A stretch of DNA of 64,000 bases from assembly GCF_006345805.1 (NCBI RefSeq), contig NC_042999.1:119288001-119352000 (forward strand). The letters are read 5' to 3'. This DNA comes from Octopus sinensis. Taxonomy: Eukaryota. The notes under the pieces were generated by a model, which saw nothing but the letters and a program-made list of their open reading frames with translations, was not told the DNA's origin and searched no databases. This document shows positions 60,326 through 64,000 of this stretch, piece after piece. The position numbers were made by a program, and so were the translations under genes. Each line of letters opens with the position of its first letter. Positions within the stretch are counted from its first letter, which is position 1.

Positions 60326-60699
60326 ATATAAGAATATAGTGTATTTAGAACATTTTCCTTCCCTTTGTTTTTTTAAAGAGCAAGGTGTCACTGGATAGAA
60401 ATTTTACTGCTATTTCTAATAAGGTGACTGTCTGCACAGTGACTTCCTCTTTAGCTTCCACTATACAAGGTTTATAATTATGTTGACTGGATCATGAAAA
60501 ATTAATTATCCTTTAACGATGACATATTGCCAATATCAAATATGAACCATTGCCATATTGTTAACCAATATTCATCCTAGCATCTTCTCATCAGCATTGG
60601 CTTCCATGCAAAAATAAATGTAAATATTGCTTAATGCAAGTAAAACAATAATAAAAGTTAAAATGACAAATTTTATTTTCAAATCACCCAACATATACA

Positions 60700-60927
60700 T
60701 ATTTGATTTCATATCAGCCTCTCTCTTTCTTCTGCCTCTCTCTCGTACCTTCTCTCACTTCCCCTCCCTATCTTCCCGCTTTTTTTCTTCTCTCTCTTCC
60801 CCATCTCTCTTCTCTCTCTCTTCTCCCGTTTCTCTCAAACACTCTCTCTCAAACACAATCTCTCTCTCTCTCTAAATACTTTCTCTCAAACACTCTCTCT
60901 TTCTCTTCTCCACTCCTTCGCTGCCTG

Positions 60928-60990
<63 letters not shown>

Positions 60991-61007
60991 GTTTGTCTAT
61001 CTGTCTG

Positions 61008-61050
<43 letters not shown>

Positions 61051-61427
61051 CTTTCTTTCTTTCACAAAAATAACAAATACCTGTCATATAGGTGGGTATT
61101 CCCAGTCAGCTTAAACACTTTTCTCCACAAAAAAAAAACAGTAAAAAGGGGTAAAAAGGGGTAAAAAAAAAGCAAACAAACTAAACTGGTTTCATACTTT
61201 TAGAAGAGAAATTATTATTATTGTTATTAAAGAACTCAGGACTTTTTATGATTACAAAGCTTTTTTCTGTATAGTATAGACAGAATGTATATCTCTTTTA
61301 AAGTCATCTTTTTCTGGTAATCATATATTTGTTGTATACATCTATGAAAACATATTCTATTTACTGGCCAATTCAAAGATGTGGGAATTCTTGATGACAG
61401 AAGTGGCAAGCACGCATACATACGAGC

Positions 61428-61458
<31 letters not shown>

Positions 61459-61639
61459 TGTATGCATGAATGTATGTATGTGTGTATGTGTGTGTGTGTG
61501 TGTGTATGTATGTTTGTATGTATATATATATGTGTCTATGTATGTATGTATGTATATATATATATGTCTATGTATGCATGTATATGTGAATGTGTGTGTA
61601 TGTAAGTATTTGTGTACGTAACTATGTATGTGCATGTAT

Positions 61640-61691
<52 letters not shown>

Positions 61692-61818
61692 CATGCCAGC
61701 ATGGACAACAGGCGCTAAATGATGATAATGAAGATGATGATATAAATATAATATAAATATGTAGAAATATATATATATATATATTATATATATATTATAT
61801 ATATATATAGTATATAAA

Positions 61819-61863
<45 letters not shown>

Positions 61864-61943
61864 ATATATAATATATATAATATATGTATATATGTATATA
61901 TATATATATATATATGTATATAACATATGTCTTATATTATATC

Positions 61944-61974
<31 letters not shown>

Positions 61975-62083
61975 CTATCTATATATATATATTATATAGT
62001 GTATATATATATATATATATGTGCGTATATATATATGTATGTATATATATATATGTATGTATATATATATGTATATATATATG

Positions 62084-62123
<40 letters not shown>

Positions 62124-63627
62124 TGTATATATATATGTATGTATATATATATGTATGTATATAATATATATGATTATATATATATATGTATATATATATA
62201 TGGTATGTATATATATGTATATATATATATATGTATATATATGTATATATATATGTATATATATGTATATATATATATATATATGTATATATTATATATA
62301 TATGTATATATATGTATAATATTATATATGTATATATATGTATATATATAATAGTATATAATGTATATATATATATATGTATATATATGTTATATATATA
62401 TATGTATATATATATGTATACATATATATATATATGTATATTTATATATATATATATATATATATGTATACATATATATATATATATATATATATATGTA
62501 TAATATATATAATATATATTATATATTATATATATATATGTATATATATATATAGTGTATATATATATATGTATATATATATATTGTATATATATATATA
62601 TATGTATATATAATATATTATATTATATGTATTATATATTATATGTATAATATATGTATATATATAATATATATATTATATATATATATATATATATATG
62701 CATGCACTGACATTGACATTTACATATGTATATCATTTCTTATGATTATTTTTTGAGACTACAAATACAAATCTAAAGGGTAAACAAAATTGATAAGCTA
62801 AGAAATCAGTTGGGTATAAAAATATAAAAGTATATAAACACATAGAAACAGTCACCATTGAAATGTGTACACGCACATAACAACACACTTACACACGCAT
62901 GCACACACCCATATACGTCCACACATAGAAACACAAACACTCACAGACGCATACAGACCCACACACATACACATCAACAGGGAATTTGGAAAGAAAGTGA
63001 TTCTTAAATGTGAGAGATTTCTTTTCTTATACATCCAGAGAGAAGTAAATCAAAGCATGACAACACATAGAGCGTAACTCTCAAAGAAAACTTCTTTTAC
63101 TTACTTACAAAGTACTAAGTTATTAGTTCTGACTAGTAGAGCAAGTGTTTGTTTATGACTTTTTTGGTTGTCTGTATAAACACACATTCACGCATACATA
63201 TATATATCTATCTATCTATTTATCTATCTATCACTCTCTCTCTCTCTCTCTCGCTCTCTACATATATACATACATATATTATGTACATATGGGTGTGTGG
63301 TGTATGTACAAAACAGGTAAGTAAATGACATATTCTTCTACTAGATATCTGCAGGGTTCAGTGTATGTAGTTTTGTTTTTTCTCTGTTTTTTGGGGGTTT
63401 TTTTGGTTGGAATTTTAGAAGTAATTGTGACCAACCACCTTCTCAGCCACAGTAATGTTGTAAAGATATTAAAAGAATCAGACTATAAAAAAATTTATAA
63501 ATGTTAGGAATATACAGGTGTACAGGTATGTTTATATATACATATTATATATATATTGATGGATACATGCATTCACATATATATATGTATACGTATATAT
63601 ACATACATATATATATATATATATTAT

Positions 63628-63683
<56 letters not shown>

Positions 63684-63834
63684 ATATATATATATTATAT
63701 ATATATGTATGATATATATATATATATATATATGTATGTATATATATATGTATGTATATATATATATATATATATGTATGTTATATATATATATATATAT
63801 ATGTATGATATATATATATATATATATATGTATG

Positions 63835-63868
<34 letters not shown>

Positions 63869-63939
63869 GATGGATACATGTATACATATATACGTTTGTA
63901 TATATACATACACACACACACATATATATATATATCTAC

Positions 63940-63973
<34 letters not shown>

Positions 63974-64000
63974 GCGCACATATATATATACATACATATG
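60700..64000. repeat. Long compound (CT)/(TCTA)/(TATG)/(TA)n arrays (60700-61060, 61420-62700, 63500-64000)
   Basis: Directly visible; source of the Y/I/M/C-rich ORFs. Confidence 0.95.

Overview
AT-rich, microsatellite-dense eukaryotic DNA, apparently intergenic or deep intronic. The SINE/LINE repertoire looks like that of Octopus (recognised from memory, not by database search). No host protein-coding gene, rRNA, tRNA or CRISPR array is supported, and most short ORFs in the track are translated microsatellites. Content: (i) a 5.5-21 kb nest of R4/Dong-type REL-endonuclease LINEs in (TAA)n arrays, including a near-full-length copy (7561-13285) interrupted by an internally deleted APE-RT LINE with a 14-bp TSD; (ii) a young 5'-truncated CR1-type LINE with an uninterrupted RT ORF (about 22105-24094); (iii) degraded RTE/BovB and Helitron-helicase relics, a full-length dead mariner, and piggyBac- and hAT-type MITEs; (iv) many copies of at least four SINE-like families. 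The most interesting signal is a set of (TA)n-embedded long inverted-repeat elements (21911, 33793, 39598, 57298, 57497) whose arms carry outward-facing type I hammerhead ribozyme motifs. One has an intact CUGAUGA/GAAA/GUA core (33970-34028) and one pair has a U3-A8 core variant, consistent with inverted pLTRs of Penelope-like or retrozyme-like elements. Also notable: a perfect two-step templated insertion (15301-15356) copied from a locus 1.4 kb away, and a 19-bp minisatellite with higher-order structure arising inside a hAT MITE. Boundaries of degraded elements are approximate.
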